NCBI GenBank assembly: GCA_903853385.1
Contig: CAINTJ010000001.1
Location: forward strand, 14,629-78,628
Source of the DNA: an uncultured Gammaproteobacteria bacterium
GTDB taxonomy: Bacteria; Pseudomonadota; Gammaproteobacteria; Pseudomonadales; Pseudohongiellaceae
Direction: 5' to 3'
DNA length: 64,000 bases
Shown: positions 9,694 through 19,016 of the stretch, in pieces
Layout of the letters: every line of letters begins with the position of its first letter
Numbering within the stretch: the stretch's first letter is position 1
Program-made: the position numbers and the translations under genes
Notes under the pieces: generated by a model
Told to the model about the DNA's origin: nothing
Database searches by the model: none
The model's input: the letters and a program-made list of their open reading frames with translations, nothing else

Positions 9694-11229
9694 TTACTGG
9701 CATTTGAGACCGCCGGGCGCTAATTCGGTAAGATTTCCAATGCTGCTGTAATAACGATTGCCGGTGCGTTGGGCAGCAACCAGTAACTGCTGACTGTTGG
9801 CTTGCACCAGGGATTGGGCGAGATGGTAAGCACGATTCCAGTGTCGCCAGTCCTGCAGATGCAGCGCATTGCTATTGTTGCTGCCCACCCAGTTTGCCAG
9901 CAAGGCCATGCCAAGTTCGCATTGGGTGGTGGAGGGTAATTGCGGGAAATAGGCCAGCAAGTCTGGCACTGCATCGGCGCCAAGTTTGAACAGGTAGTCG
10001 GCATCCAGCGCTTGCTGTTGCCTCAGGGAGCGTTCGATGTTCACCCGTGTCACCAGCGCCGCCGGGTTCAGCAGGGTCAGCCCGAAACACACTCCAATAC
10101 CCAGAGTGATCACGCTCGACACAAACCCCGCTGGCCGGTTGCGCAGTACTGTCGCCGCGAACAACAGCAGGCTGCCACACAGCCACAGCATCACCATGCT
10201 GGCTATCACCCGGTCAATGCTGAGGCCGAAACTGTCAAGGTAGAACAACATGCGCTGTACAGCTGAGGCCAGTACGATCAGCACGCATACAAGCAGCAGA
10301 CCGGCAAAACCTGCAAACAGACGCTGGTTGCTGCAACATCCGGACAGCAATAGCAGCATCGCCAGTGCCAGTGCGGCTATGAACAGCAACTGGAAGAATC
10401 CATGGCGGGCGTATTCGGCAATGGTGAGCCCGGTCGTTTGCGCAATGCCGGCACCGTCATGTAACAGATGACTCAGCTGCAAACCCGCAAATGCCAAGAA
10501 CAACAATGCCAGCAATCCCATCATCATCAACGTTTCAGCGTTGCCAAGCTTCACGGTTAGCGTCCGGCTCGGGTGGGTGGTGCGAGCTTGCCAGGCGGCG
10601 GCGAGCAGGCCGAGCGCAAGCCAGCCCAGTACCAACACCAGCAGCAGATGTTGCAGCGTAGTCAGCGAAAACAATCCTGGCAGTTGTGACAGGTAATTTT
10701 CAAAAGTGACATCGGCTGTGGCAAACAGCAGGCTGAACACCAGCAGTAGCGGGCTGGCCAGCAGCACGCCACGCAGTGCTCCCGTTACGGCTGGATGGGC
10801 AGGTGCCGGTTTGAATGCCAGGCGGCCCAGGATGAAGAAACTGCCGAGCAGGGCTTGCAGTGGTACCCGCACAAAAGCGAGTAACTGCTGATACAGATCA
10901 GCCTGCAGATAACCGAGGCCGGCAGTACGCAGCAGAATTTGGGCGGCGGCAGTGCCGATCACCAGGAACAACGCTACATCCACAACCGGAAATGCCAGCC
11001 ACAGACGCAGACCTGCAGCCAGCACCGCTATCGCGCCCCACAGCAGCAGTGACCGCAACCAGCGGGCATTGCGTGCCAGCCAGCCGGCGCAGAGCACCAG
11101 CGATCCCAGCCAGATCAAAACCACCGGGCCGGTAAACCCCACTCCAAAACTGAGTTGGTCGCCGAGCAGCCCCAGCAGCAGTGCCAGCCAGAATGTTTGT
11201 CGCGGGGGGGAATTGAACAAGTTCGGCAC
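9694..11229 (-). CDS. polytopic membrane protein, DUF4153/DUF4173-like
   Basis: 511 aa with a GTG start and about 12 hydrophobic segments. The leucine-rich N-terminal pattern FWLALLLGLLGDQLSFG fits the family, followed by a soluble C-terminal tail. Confidence 0.6.
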   Translation of the reverse strand: MPNLFNSPPRQTFWLALLLGLLGDQLSFGVGFTGPVVLIWLGSLVLCAGWLARNARWLRSLLLWGAIAVLAAGLRLWLAFPVVDVALFLVIGTAAAQILLRTAGLGYLQADLYQQLLAFVRVPLQALLGSFFILGRLAFKPAPAHPAVTGALRGVLLASPLLLVFSLLFATADVTFENYLSQLPGLFSLTTLQHLLLVLVLGWLALGLLAAAWQARTTHPSRTLTVKLGNAETLMMMGLLALLFLAFAGLQLSHLLHDGAGIAQTTGLTIAEYARHGFFQLLFIAALALAMLLLLSGCCSNQRLFAGFAGLLLVCVLIVLASAVQRMLFYLDSFGLSIDRVIASMVMLWLCGSLLLFAATVLRNRPAGFVSSVITLGIGVCFGLTLLNPAALVTRVNIERSLRQQQALDADYLFKLGADAVPDLLAYFPQLPSTTQCELGMALLANWVGSNNSNALHLQDWRHWNRAYHLAQSLVQANSQQLLVAAQRTGNRYYSSIGNLTELAPGGLKCQ

Positions 11230-11453
11230 GTTAACAACTCTCCGGAAACAGGATTAATTGCAAACTCGATGACAGTTCCCGGAAAGATATCATGACAATT
11301 TGTTCCCATGTTCAATCAGATAGGCGGGCGCGCTAAATGTTGAGGAGTGCGCGGGTAAATTCTTGACCAAAATGTGACGCTGTTGCTTCGACATGTCCGG
11401 GAGGCTGGGCTATAGTCGACTGCCACAGCCATTTTGCCGACAAGGAATCCCGC

Positions 11454-12431
11454 TTGAGTTATTCCCGCGCCAAACTCCGCAGCCACGACCTCAGCGGCCA
11501 GCGTATTCTCATCACCGGCGGCGCCGGCTTCCTCGGTTCGCATCTGTGCGAACGCCTGCTCAATGACGGCCATGAAATCATCTGTGTCGATAATTTCTTC
11601 ACCGGCAGCAAAAGCAATGTCGAGCATCTGCTGGCGCATCGCCGTTTCGAGTTGATGCGGCACGATATCACCTTTCCGCTGTACCTGGAGGTGGACCAGA
11701 TCTACAACCTGGCCTGCCCGGCCTCGCCCGTGCATTACCAGCACGATCCGGTTCAGACCGTGAAAACGTCCGTGGTCGGCAGCATTAACATGCTGGGACT
11801 AGCCAAACGTAACCAGGCCCGCATTTTCCAGGCTTCCACCTCCGAAGTGTATGGTGATCCGGAAATCAGCCCGCAACCGGAAAGCTATCTGGGACGCGTC
11901 AACACCATAGGGCCGCGCAGTTGTTACGACGAAGGCAAGCGCTGTGCCGAAACGCTGTTTTTCGATTATCACCGCCAGCATCAGGTGGCAATCCGCGTGG
12001 CACGCATTTTTAACTGCTATGGGCCGCGCATGCACCCCAATGATGGCCGGGTAGTCAGCAACTTTGTCGTGCAGGCCTTGCAGGGACAGGACCTGACCAT
12101 CTACGGCGAAGGCAACCAGACGCGGTCGTTTTGCTATGTCGACGACATGATTGAAGCCTTCGTGCGCTTGATGAACCAGGATCAGACTGCCGGCCCGGTC
12201 AACCTCGGCAATCCCGGTGAATTCACTATCCGGCAGTTGGCCGAACTGGTGCTGAAACTGACCGGCTCCAAATCGAAACTGGTTTTCCGGCCGCTGCCAC
12301 AGGACGATCCCAAACAGCGCAAGCCTGATATTACTCTGGCCAAAGCCGTGCTGAACTGGGAACCCAAGATTCAGCTGGAGCAGGGCCTGAGCAAGGTGAT
12401 CGACTATTTCAAACACGTGATAACCCAATAA
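11454..12431 (+). CDS. UDP-glucuronate decarboxylase (UDP-xylose synthase)
   Basis: 325 aa with a TTG start and an [43 protein letters not shown], the YDEGKR catalytic region and the overall pattern are diagnostic of UXS-type SDRs. Confidence 0.9.
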   Translation: MSYSRAKLRSHDLSGQRILITGGAGFLGSHLCERLLNDGHEIICVDNFFTGSKSNVEHLLAHRRFELMRHDITFPLYLEVDQIYNLACPASPVHYQHDPVQTVKTSVVGSINMLGLAKRNQARIFQASTSEVYGDPEISPQPESYLGRVNTIGPRSCYDEGKRCAETLFFDYHRQHQVAIRVARIFNCYGPRMHPNDGRVVSNFVVQALQGQDLTIYGEGNQTRSFCYVDDMIEAFVRLMNQDQTAGPVNLGNPGEFTIRQLAELVLKLTGSKSKLVFRPLPQDDPKQRKPDITLAKAVLNWEPKIQLEQGLSKVIDYFKHVITQ

Positions 12432-12444
12432 CAAGCGGCTCAGT

Positions 12445-13131
12445 ATGAAACTATCGATCATTATTCCCTGTTATAACGAAGAGCACACGATTGCCTCGCT
12501 GGTTGCGGCTGTGAATGCTGCGCCTTATCCGGACAAGGAAATCATAATCGTGGATGACTGTTCGCGTGATGGCACCCATGCCGAGCTGGCCAAGCTGCAG
12601 GGGCAGGTCAGCCAGATTGTTTTTCATCAGGTGAACCAGGGCAAGGGCGCAGCGCTACGCACCGGCATCCAGCATGCAACCGGCGACGTGGTGATCATTC
12701 AGGATGCTGATCTTGAGTACGATCCCAACGAATATGCGCTGTTGGTGGAACCCATCGCACAGGGCAAAGCCGATGTTGTCTATGGCTCGCGCTTTATTGG
12801 TGCGGCACCGCATCGGGTGCTGTATTTCTGGCATCGCGTCGGCAATGGCGTGCTGACCTTGCTGTCGAACATGTTCACCAATCTCAATCTCACCGATATG
12901 GAAACCTGCTACAAGGTGTTCCGGCGCGAAGTGATCCAGTCGATCCCGATCGAAGAAAACCGGTTCGGCTTCGAACCGGAAATCACCGCCAAGCTGGCAC
13001 GCATGAATTTGCGCATCTTTGAAGTAGGTATCTCCTATTATGGGCGCACCTATGCCGAGGGCAAGAAAATCGGCTGGAAGGACGGTGTACGCGCTGTCTA
13101 TTGCATCCTGAAGTACAACTTGTTTCGCTGA
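12445..13131 (+). CDS. family 2 glycosyltransferase, polyprenyl-phosphate sugar synthase-like (DPM1/ArnC type)
   Basis: 228 aa. It has [22 protein letters not shown] and the DXD-type QDADLEYDP motifs. It lacks C-terminal TM helices. Confidence 0.88.
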   Translation: MKLSIIIPCYNEEHTIASLVAAVNAAPYPDKEIIIVDDCSRDGTHAELAKLQGQVSQIVFHQVNQGKGAALRTGIQHATGDVVIIQDADLEYDPNEYALLVEPIAQGKADVVYGSRFIGAAPHRVLYFWHRVGNGVLTLLSNMFTNLNLTDMETCYKVFRREVIQSIPIEENRFGFEPEITAKLARMNLRIFEVGISYYGRTYAEGKKIGWKDGVRAVYCILKYNLFR

Positions 13132-13141
13132 ACCCTGATCT

Positions 13142-14677
13142 GTGAGCAGCACTCCTTTCAAAGCAATCCCACCGCAAACCTGGTTGTGGTTGCTGCAGCT
13201 GCTGCTGTGTGGAGCCGGTGCGTTTTTGTTGTGGTATGCGACCAACTGGGGCGTCGCCATTTCGCCTGATTCTGCAGAATACATAGCTGCCGCACGCCGT
13301 CTGCACGGGTTGTCTGATCTCTTCAACCTGCCAACGCAGTGGGCACCCGGTTATCCGGTGCTGCTCAAGTTGAGCTCGTTGTCCGGCTTCGAAATCCTGG
13401 CAGTAACTCGCGTCCTGCAATGTTTGTTGCTGGCCGGCAACCTCGCAGCCGGCATGGCCTTGTTGCGGCATGTATATGGCAAGCCCGGCCTGTTGCCGCT
13501 GGTGGGTGGTGTTGTACTGCTGTGCAGCTTCAATTTATGGCAAGTGAATTTTTATGCGTGGTCGGAAGGACCATTTTTGTTGTGTCAGCAGTTGAGTTTG
13601 CTGTGCCTGCTGCATTTTCTGGCAACACCCCTGGCCTACCGGTTCTGGCTGGCAGCTGCGTTGCTGGCCGCACTGGCTTTGTTGTTCCGTTATGCAGGCC
13701 TCGCGTGGATTGGTGCGGCGGGACTGCTGTTGCTGGTACAGCCGGCGGTAAATTGGCAACAACGCTGCCGTAATGCCTTTGGTTTTGGTGCCGTGGCTCT
13801 GCTGCCATTTTTGCTGTGGCTGCTGGCCAATCATTTCATACGGCATGAGTCCACCAACCGGCAATTTGTTATCCATAGCTTGTCCGCAGCCGATTGGCTG
13901 GCCTTGCTGGGGCAGGTGCTTGCCTGGTTCGGGCTGAAACAGGCCTCGCTGCTGGCCCTGATTGAACTGGTGTTGAGCGTGGCTGTGCTGGTGTTGGCGG
14001 TGCGTGCGTGTTTTTACAGCCAACCCCGCTTGCGGCTGTTGCTGTTGGCCAGTGGGTGCCATGGCGTGGTTTATATACTGTTCATTGTGTTCTCACGGTC
14101 TTTCTTTGATGCCTACATTCCTTTTGATGAGCGCATCTTCGTGTCAGCCTGGCTGTTTACAGTGCTGGCGCTGTTGGCGTGTGCAATCGAATTGCTGGGC
14201 AGGCCAGCGCGCAGGCAATGGGTTGCAATGCTAGCAATTGGGCTGATGGTGGTTTCCAGCACGTTACGCCTGGCACCACAAATCTCTGCTGCCCACGAGC
14301 AGGGTGTGGGCTATCTCAGTTCCTACATGTCGCAATTGTCGAAAGTGGAAGAGGTGCCGCAACTGGCTGGCAGGATTGTTTATTCCAATGCGCCGGATTA
14401 TCTGCGCATGCGCACCGACCTGACCATCCATGACTACCCGCGTAAATTTACTCCCACCACGTTATTTGCCAACCCTGGTTACAGCAATGAGCTGGTGACC
14501 ATGCAGCACAGTGTGCAGGCCGGCCAGGCCTTGCTGGTGCACTATGAGGGTTTTGAATGGCGCGCTTATTTCCCCTCGGCAGCTGAGCTGAAAACCCTGG
14601 GCTACGAAAGTGTGCTGACAGGGAATGGAGTGCATGTGCTCAGCTTTCCGGTGGAGCAGGGCGGGGTCAATCAATAA
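13142..14677 (+). CDS. GT-C fold membrane glycosyltransferase (ArnT/PMT_2-like)
   Basis: 511 aa with a GTG start. More than 10 TM segments are followed by a soluble C-terminal domain. The first-loop motif SPDSAEYIAAARRL is the D-x-x-Y type seen in ArnT/PMT enzymes. It sits directly after the GT2 gene. Confidence 0.7.
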   Translation: MSSTPFKAIPPQTWLWLLQLLLCGAGAFLLWYATNWGVAISPDSAEYIAAARRLHGLSDLFNLPTQWAPGYPVLLKLSSLSGFEILAVTRVLQCLLLAGNLAAGMALLRHVYGKPGLLPLVGGVVLLCSFNLWQVNFYAWSEGPFLLCQQLSLLCLLHFLATPLAYRFWLAAALLAALALLFRYAGLAWIGAAGLLLLVQPAVNWQQRCRNAFGFGAVALLPFLLWLLANHFIRHESTNRQFVIHSLSAADWLALLGQVLAWFGLKQASLLALIELVLSVAVLVLAVRACFYSQPRLRLLLLASGCHGVVYILFIVFSRSFFDAYIPFDERIFVSAWLFTVLALLACAIELLGRPARRQWVAMLAIGLMVVSSTLRLAPQISAAHEQGVGYLSSYMSQLSKVEEVPQLAGRIVYSNAPDYLRMRTDLTIHDYPRKFTPTTLFANPGYSNELVTMQHSVQAGQALLVHYEGFEWRAYFPSAAELKTLGYESVLTGNGVHVLSFPVEQGGVNQ

Positions 14678-15746
14678 AGGCTTGCAGGGAGTCTATGATC
14701 AGCTCGCTGGGCGATTGCAGAATTTCCAGTGGCGGTCGTCGATAGCGCTCGGGCTGCTCCATGAAGCTGCGCACAATGGCCTGGTCGTAGCCACTCAATA
14801 CCGTGTTGTGCCCCAACCCTTCCTGACGTTCCGTGGCCTTGCGCATCAGCAGGCAAGGCAGCCCCAGATAGGAACATTCCTCCTGGTTGCTGCCACCATC
14901 GGTGACAAGATAATCGCTGCCACGCAACAGCGCGATGAAGCGGAAATAGTCATAGCGTGGATGCAGTTCGATATGGCTGCATGCGGCCAGGCGGTCATAG
15001 AGTCCGTATTGCTTGAGCTTCTTTTCGGTGGGTTTATGCAAAATGAACAGCTTGGGCCGGGCCGGATCGGAAGCCAGCAACATGTCGACGATCAGCTGCA
15101 GCCGCTTGCGGAAAAATATGTTTTCAAAACGGTGCACTGACACCAGCCCGTAACCGGGTGCTCGCGAGGCTGCCGTCTGGTGTGAGGTGTGACGCAAGGC
15201 ATCACACAGCGTGTTGTGAAGAGTGTTGATTTTCACACCCCGATAGCCGGCCAGATTGGCCAGTGCCCATGCCCCCGGAGCAAAGAAATAGTCAGACAGC
15301 CGGAAAGTAGCGAGCCGGGTCAGCTCTTCCGGGAACGGATGCAGGATGTTGTGCGAACGCAGCCCCGATTCCACATGCGCGCTTTTGAGGCCGTGACGTT
15401 TGGCCAGCGCGGAGCCGAGCAGGGTCGAGAAGGTATCACCATGGTTGAGCACAATGCCGTTTTTGTCGTTGCGAAACAGTTCGGCGGCGTGCTCGGATGA
15501 GGAGTATTTGCGCATGATGTCGAAGGCCCACTTGCCCATCTGCACGATGCCGGTAATGTCGCGGCCGTGGTAAAGGGTGACGTCCGGTTTTTTGCTGATC
15601 GCGAAATTGGCCAGGATGTCGTCGACTGTGTCGCGGTGCTGGCCACTGTAAATGAAGTTGTAGTCATGTCCGCGATCCTGCAACACACGCATGAGCGGCG
15701 CCATCTTGATCAGCTGGGCCTTGGTGCCGATGAAAATGTGGATCAT
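14667..15746 (-). CDS. UDP-N-acetylglucosamine 2-epimerase family protein
   Basis: 359 aa. The N-terminus MIHIFIGTKAQLIKMAPLMRVLQ matches the WecB-type GT-B fold signature, and a GAAGGCGG SD is present. The 3' end overlaps the convergent GT-C gene by 11 nt. Confidence 0.72.
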   Translation of the reverse strand: MIHIFIGTKAQLIKMAPLMRVLQDRGHDYNFIYSGQHRDTVDDILANFAISKKPDVTLYHGRDITGIVQMGKWAFDIMRKYSSSEHAAELFRNDKNGIVLNHGDTFSTLLGSALAKRHGLKSAHVESGLRSHNILHPFPEELTRLATFRLSDYFFAPGAWALANLAGYRGVKINTLHNTLCDALRHTSHQTAASRAPGYGLVSVHRFENIFFRKRLQLIVDMLLASDPARPKLFILHKPTEKKLKQYGLYDRLAACSHIELHPRYDYFRFIALLRGSDYLVTDGGSNQEECSYLGLPCLLMRKATERQEGLGHNTVLSGYDQAIVRSFMEQPERYRRPPLEILQSPSELIIDSLQAFID

Positions 15747-15802
15747 GTTGCCGCCTTCTGTGATGATGGCGCCGACTCTATCACAGCCGGAGGAACTCGC
15801 AG

Positions 15803-16756
15803 ATGTCCCGTATCGCCCGTTTGCTGCAACGCTTTCTGCTGCTGGCGATTCTGGTGTTTGCAGCTGTGTTCTGCTGGCTCAACCGCGATACGCTGGCGCT
15901 CACCATCCAGCTTTCGCTGTGGCAATGGCTGTGGGTGGTGCTGGGTTACCTGGGCTGCTATTGGTTAAATGCGCTGATGGCATGCCAGGCCCAGTGGCAG
16001 CGTGGCACCCGGCCGACGCTGGCCGAGATGCTGGTCATCAACGCCTATGCCTCCATTCTGGGCTATGCCACGGTGCTGCGTGCCGGTTATTACAGCGGCA
16101 AACTCTGGTTTTATCAGCAGCGTTACGGGCTGTCGCCCAGCATCAGCCTGGGGCTGCAGGGCTGGGTCAGCCTGCTGGTGCTGGCTGGCAATGCCTGGTT
16201 TGGCCTGTTGTTTGGCCTATGGCTGCAACTGGGTCAGCATATGCAGCTGCCCTGGGTGCATTGGCTACTGGTGCTGGGCACCTTGCTGGTGGTGGTGGCA
16301 GTGGTTTTGCTGTTGTTTGGGTTGGCGGAACAGCGCTGGTTGCCAGTGCCGCTCCAGCGTTGGCTCGGCAATATCAAGGCCGTGATTAGCGCTACCAGTT
16401 GGCGCGAGATCTGGCAGCTCAATGTGCAGGCAATGCTGAATATACCGTTGCAGGCGCTGGCACTGGGAGTGCTGTGCTCGGTATTCGGGCTTGCAATACC
16501 GATTCCGTATCTGTTGCTGATGGCAGTGGTGGCCAATTTGTCGCTGATCATTGCGTTGACCCCGGCCAACCTTGGCATCAAGGAGCTGGTTTTGTGGCAA
16601 TTGCTGGCCAGCCTGCATTTGCCGAAGGTGCAGTTATTGGGTGTGATGATGATGGATCGCCTCATTCAATTGTTGATTCTTGCCGTGATCAGTGCGTTGG
16701 GCTATCGCTTGCTGCAACAGCCGTCACAGGCGCATAAGCGCAGCGACCACGCTTGA
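15803..16756 (+). CDS. flippase-like (UPF0104, lysylphosphatidylglycerol-synthase TM-region type) membrane protein
   Basis: 317 aa with 8 or more TM segments and a GGAGGA SD. Its position in the glycosyl-lipid cluster supports the call. Confidence 0.55.
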   Translation: MSRIARLLQRFLLLAILVFAAVFCWLNRDTLALTIQLSLWQWLWVVLGYLGCYWLNALMACQAQWQRGTRPTLAEMLVINAYASILGYATVLRAGYYSGKLWFYQQRYGLSPSISLGLQGWVSLLVLAGNAWFGLLFGLWLQLGQHMQLPWVHWLLVLGTLLVVVAVVLLLFGLAEQRWLPVPLQRWLGNIKAVISATSWREIWQLNVQAMLNIPLQALALGVLCSVFGLAIPIPYLLLMAVVANLSLIIALTPANLGIKELVLWQLLASLHLPKVQLLGVMMMDRLIQLLILAVISALGYRLLQQPSQAHKRSDHA

Positions 16757-16836
16757 TCTGCAAACCAGCGGAAAACCCAGTAAAAAATTGCAAAAACGGA
16801 TGTTTCGCTGCGCAAGATTCCGTATAATTTGGGGCT

Positions 16837-17613
16837 ATGACTGCAAATCAAGACGACATCGACGACATCCCCAGCCTGGTCCCGGAACGTGACGAGCTGG
16901 TAATGCACCGCAAACATAAGCGAGGTAGTTCGCAGCCTGCGCGCAGTGGTTCGGCCAATGATGTTTCAGAAGCCGGCACCAGTGGTGTGGTGGTTTTTTT
17001 CATTACGCTGCTGTTCCTGGGTATGTGTGGCACTGGTGCTGCTGGTTACTATTTCTACCAGCAAGGTGAACAATCCAGGACTGCATTGCTGGCTGCCACC
17101 AATCGCATCCTGTCACTGGAAGGTTCTCTGAACCAGATGGACGATGCCACCAAACAGTCGGCCATGACCATGCGGCAGAAAGTGGATGCCACCAGTTCCG
17201 AAGTCGACAAGCTGTGGTCTGCCCGCAATACGCTACGCACGGAAGTGGAAAAACTGAGTGTGGCAGTGACTACGGTAACCAAAACTGCCAATGATCTGGA
17301 AACTGCTGTTACCAATCACGGCTCCCAACTCAACCAGCACACCAACCAGCTTGCCTCCGCGCAGGTCAAAATCGAGCAAGTCACCAAGAATTTCGCCGGC
17401 ATGGAAAATCTGGGCCAGCAACTCACCCAGCTCAATGCCGATCTGAACCGTGTCAAAGTGGCGATGAACAAGCTTGAAGCAGAGACCGGCAAACGTCTGG
17501 GCGGCAACGAGCAGGACATCGAGTCAATCAATGTCTATCGCTTGCAGATGAATCAGACCATCTCCGCGTTGCAAACCAGCATTAACACCTTGCAGCAAAA
17601 AGTAGGTAAATAA
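16837..17613 (+). CDS. membrane-anchored coiled-coil protein (hypothetical)
   Basis: 258 aa with an acidic N-terminus and one TM helix (VVVFFITLLFLGMCGTGAAGYYFY). About 180 aa of heptad-like Q/N/T/L-rich sequence follows. Confidence 0.6.
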   Translation: MTANQDDIDDIPSLVPERDELVMHRKHKRGSSQPARSGSANDVSEAGTSGVVVFFITLLFLGMCGTGAAGYYFYQQGEQSRTALLAATNRILSLEGSLNQMDDATKQSAMTMRQKVDATSSEVDKLWSARNTLRTEVEKLSVAVTTVTKTANDLETAVTNHGSQLNQHTNQLASAQVKIEQVTKNFAGMENLGQQLTQLNADLNRVKVAMNKLEAETGKRLGGNEQDIESINVYRLQMNQTISALQTSINTLQQKVGK

Positions 17614-17632
17614 TTTCCCCAGCTGTCCTGTA

Positions 17633-17655
17633 GTTCAGTGATTCGTTCACTGAAC
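17633..17655 (+). terminator. stem-loop downstream of the coiled-coil gene
   Basis: GTTCAGTGA-TTCGT-TCACTGAAC forms a 9-bp stem, followed by TTGGCTTT, which is a weak U-tract. Confidence 0.4.
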
Positions 17656-17686
17656 TTGGCTTTACTCGTAGTTAGCAGTCTATAAT
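17656..17686 (+). promoter_or_regulatory. candidate sigma70 promoter of tRNA-Leu
   Basis: A perfect TATAAT at 17681-17686 lies 12 nt before the mature tRNA 5' end. A TTGGCT -35-like hexamer sits at 17656-17661, giving a long 19-nt spacer. Confidence 0.35.
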
Positions 17687-17698
17687 CACTTCATATTT

Positions 17699-17783
17699 GC
17701 GGACGTGGCGAAACTGGCAGACGCACTGGATTTAGGTTCCAGCACCTCACGGTATGAGAGTTCAAGTCTCTCCGTCCGCACCA
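17699..17783 (+). tRNA. tRNA-Leu (anticodon TAG)
   Basis: 85 nt. Acceptor stem GCGGACG/CGTCCGC, anticodon arm CTGGA-TTTAGGT-TCCAG, a long variable arm, a GTTCAAGTC T-loop and an encoded CCA. Confidence 0.95.
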
Positions 17784-17960
17784 TAATTTTTGATGAACCT
17801 GCTTTTGCGCTACTGGCGCAGAATTGGCCCAGTTACGGTGTCATTGCTGCCAGCGACCAGGTGGTTATCAAAGTGCCGAAAACCGGCTAAGGCCGGCCCG
17901 AACAGCGGGGCTCGGCTGCCTATGCCGCGAGCGCCGCAGACCTTGCTCACACATTGCCGG

Positions 17961-18953
17961 TTACGCTTGTGGCCACGGATTGGCGGGCCAGGCGGTAGCC
18001 GTTTTGCCGAGCAGAAAACACTGACGATCCAGCTTGCCTTCAAAATCGAAGCCGGTAGTGGCGCGGGTTATGTCCTTGATGTCAGTGGTTTGCAGGTGCA
18101 GATCAAACAGGCGGAATTTACGGTTGTTGGTGCTGAAATAGATTTTGCCCCCCGGCCGCAAAATCCGCAGGCATTCATTCAGCAGTGCCGGATGGTCGCG
18201 CTGTACATCAAGCACCCCCTGCATTTTCTTGCTGTTGCTGAAGGTAGGCGGGTCGCACACGATCAGATCCATGCTGGCGCTACGCGCAGTGGGCAGCCAG
18301 GCCATGACATCGGCGACAATGAAATCAGCCCGGTTCACCGGCAGGTTGTTGAGCCGGAAATTTTCCATGGCCCAGTCGATATAGGTATTGGACAAATCCA
18401 CCGTCATCACCCGTTGGGCACCGCCTAATGCGGCATTGACCGAGAACGAGCCGGTGTAGGCAAACAGATTCAGCACGTCCAGACCGCTACTTTGCACTCG
18501 CACCAACTGGCGGGTGGGGCGGTGATCAAGAAACAGACCGGTATCGAGATAGTCAGACAGATTAAGCATGAAACGTGCACCATGCTCGCTCACTATCAAG
18601 CTACTGCTGCCTTTGGCATCATGCTGGTACTGGTCGCGGCGGTCAGTGATGACAGAGCGCTGTTTGACATGGATATTCGCCACAGCAATATCCAGTACCT
18701 GACTGATGCAAACACAACTTTGTTGCAGCCAGGTTTGATGTTCTACTTCAGTCAGCGTGTGCTTGCGCCGATATTCAGCCACGTGTACGTGGGTTTCATA
18801 CAGGTCGATGGCCAGCGGAAACTCGGGCAGATCCAGATCGTACAACCGGTAACAGCTAACCTGCTGTTGCCTGGCCTTGCGGCGGCGGTGTTGCCACACC
18901 TTCTGCAGGCGGTTGCTGAACATCGTATATTTTTCTGGAAGTGAATCCTGCAT
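17961..18953 (-). CDS. class I SAM-dependent rRNA methyltransferase (RlmK/RlmI-like)
   Basis: 330 aa with CYRLYDLDLPEFPLAIDLY, LNLFAYTGSFSV and DPPTFSNSKK motifs. The start could instead be M11 at 18923. Confidence 0.82.
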   Translation of the reverse strand: MQDSLPEKYTMFSNRLQKVWQHRRRKARQQQVSCYRLYDLDLPEFPLAIDLYETHVHVAEYRRKHTLTEVEHQTWLQQSCVCISQVLDIAVANIHVKQRSVITDRRDQYQHDAKGSSSLIVSEHGARFMLNLSDYLDTGLFLDHRPTRQLVRVQSSGLDVLNLFAYTGSFSVNAALGGAQRVMTVDLSNTYIDWAMENFRLNNLPVNRADFIVADVMAWLPTARSASMDLIVCDPPTFSNSKKMQGVLDVQRDHPALLNECLRILRPGGKIYFSTNNRKFRLFDLHLQTTDIKDITRATTGFDFEGKLDRQCFLLGKTATAWPANPWPQA

Positions 18954-19016
18954 CGGAAGCTCTGTCTGTAATAAAGTGTTAAAAATGCCGGCGTAAAGGG
19001 TAAGGAGTCATAAAGA

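Noticed and set aside
16823-16839. TATAAT 8 nt before the ATG of the coiled-coil gene as evidence for a leaderless mRNA
   Set aside because: No convincing -35 or extended -10 element lies at the right spacing. A single hexamer match is too weak to call without 5'-end data.
17699-17960. tRNA-Leu as an integration site of a genomic island
   Set aside because: There is no integrase, and I noticed no direct repeat of the tRNA 3' end downstream. The next genes (an rRNA methyltransferase and an HD-GYP) look like ordinary chromosomal genes.
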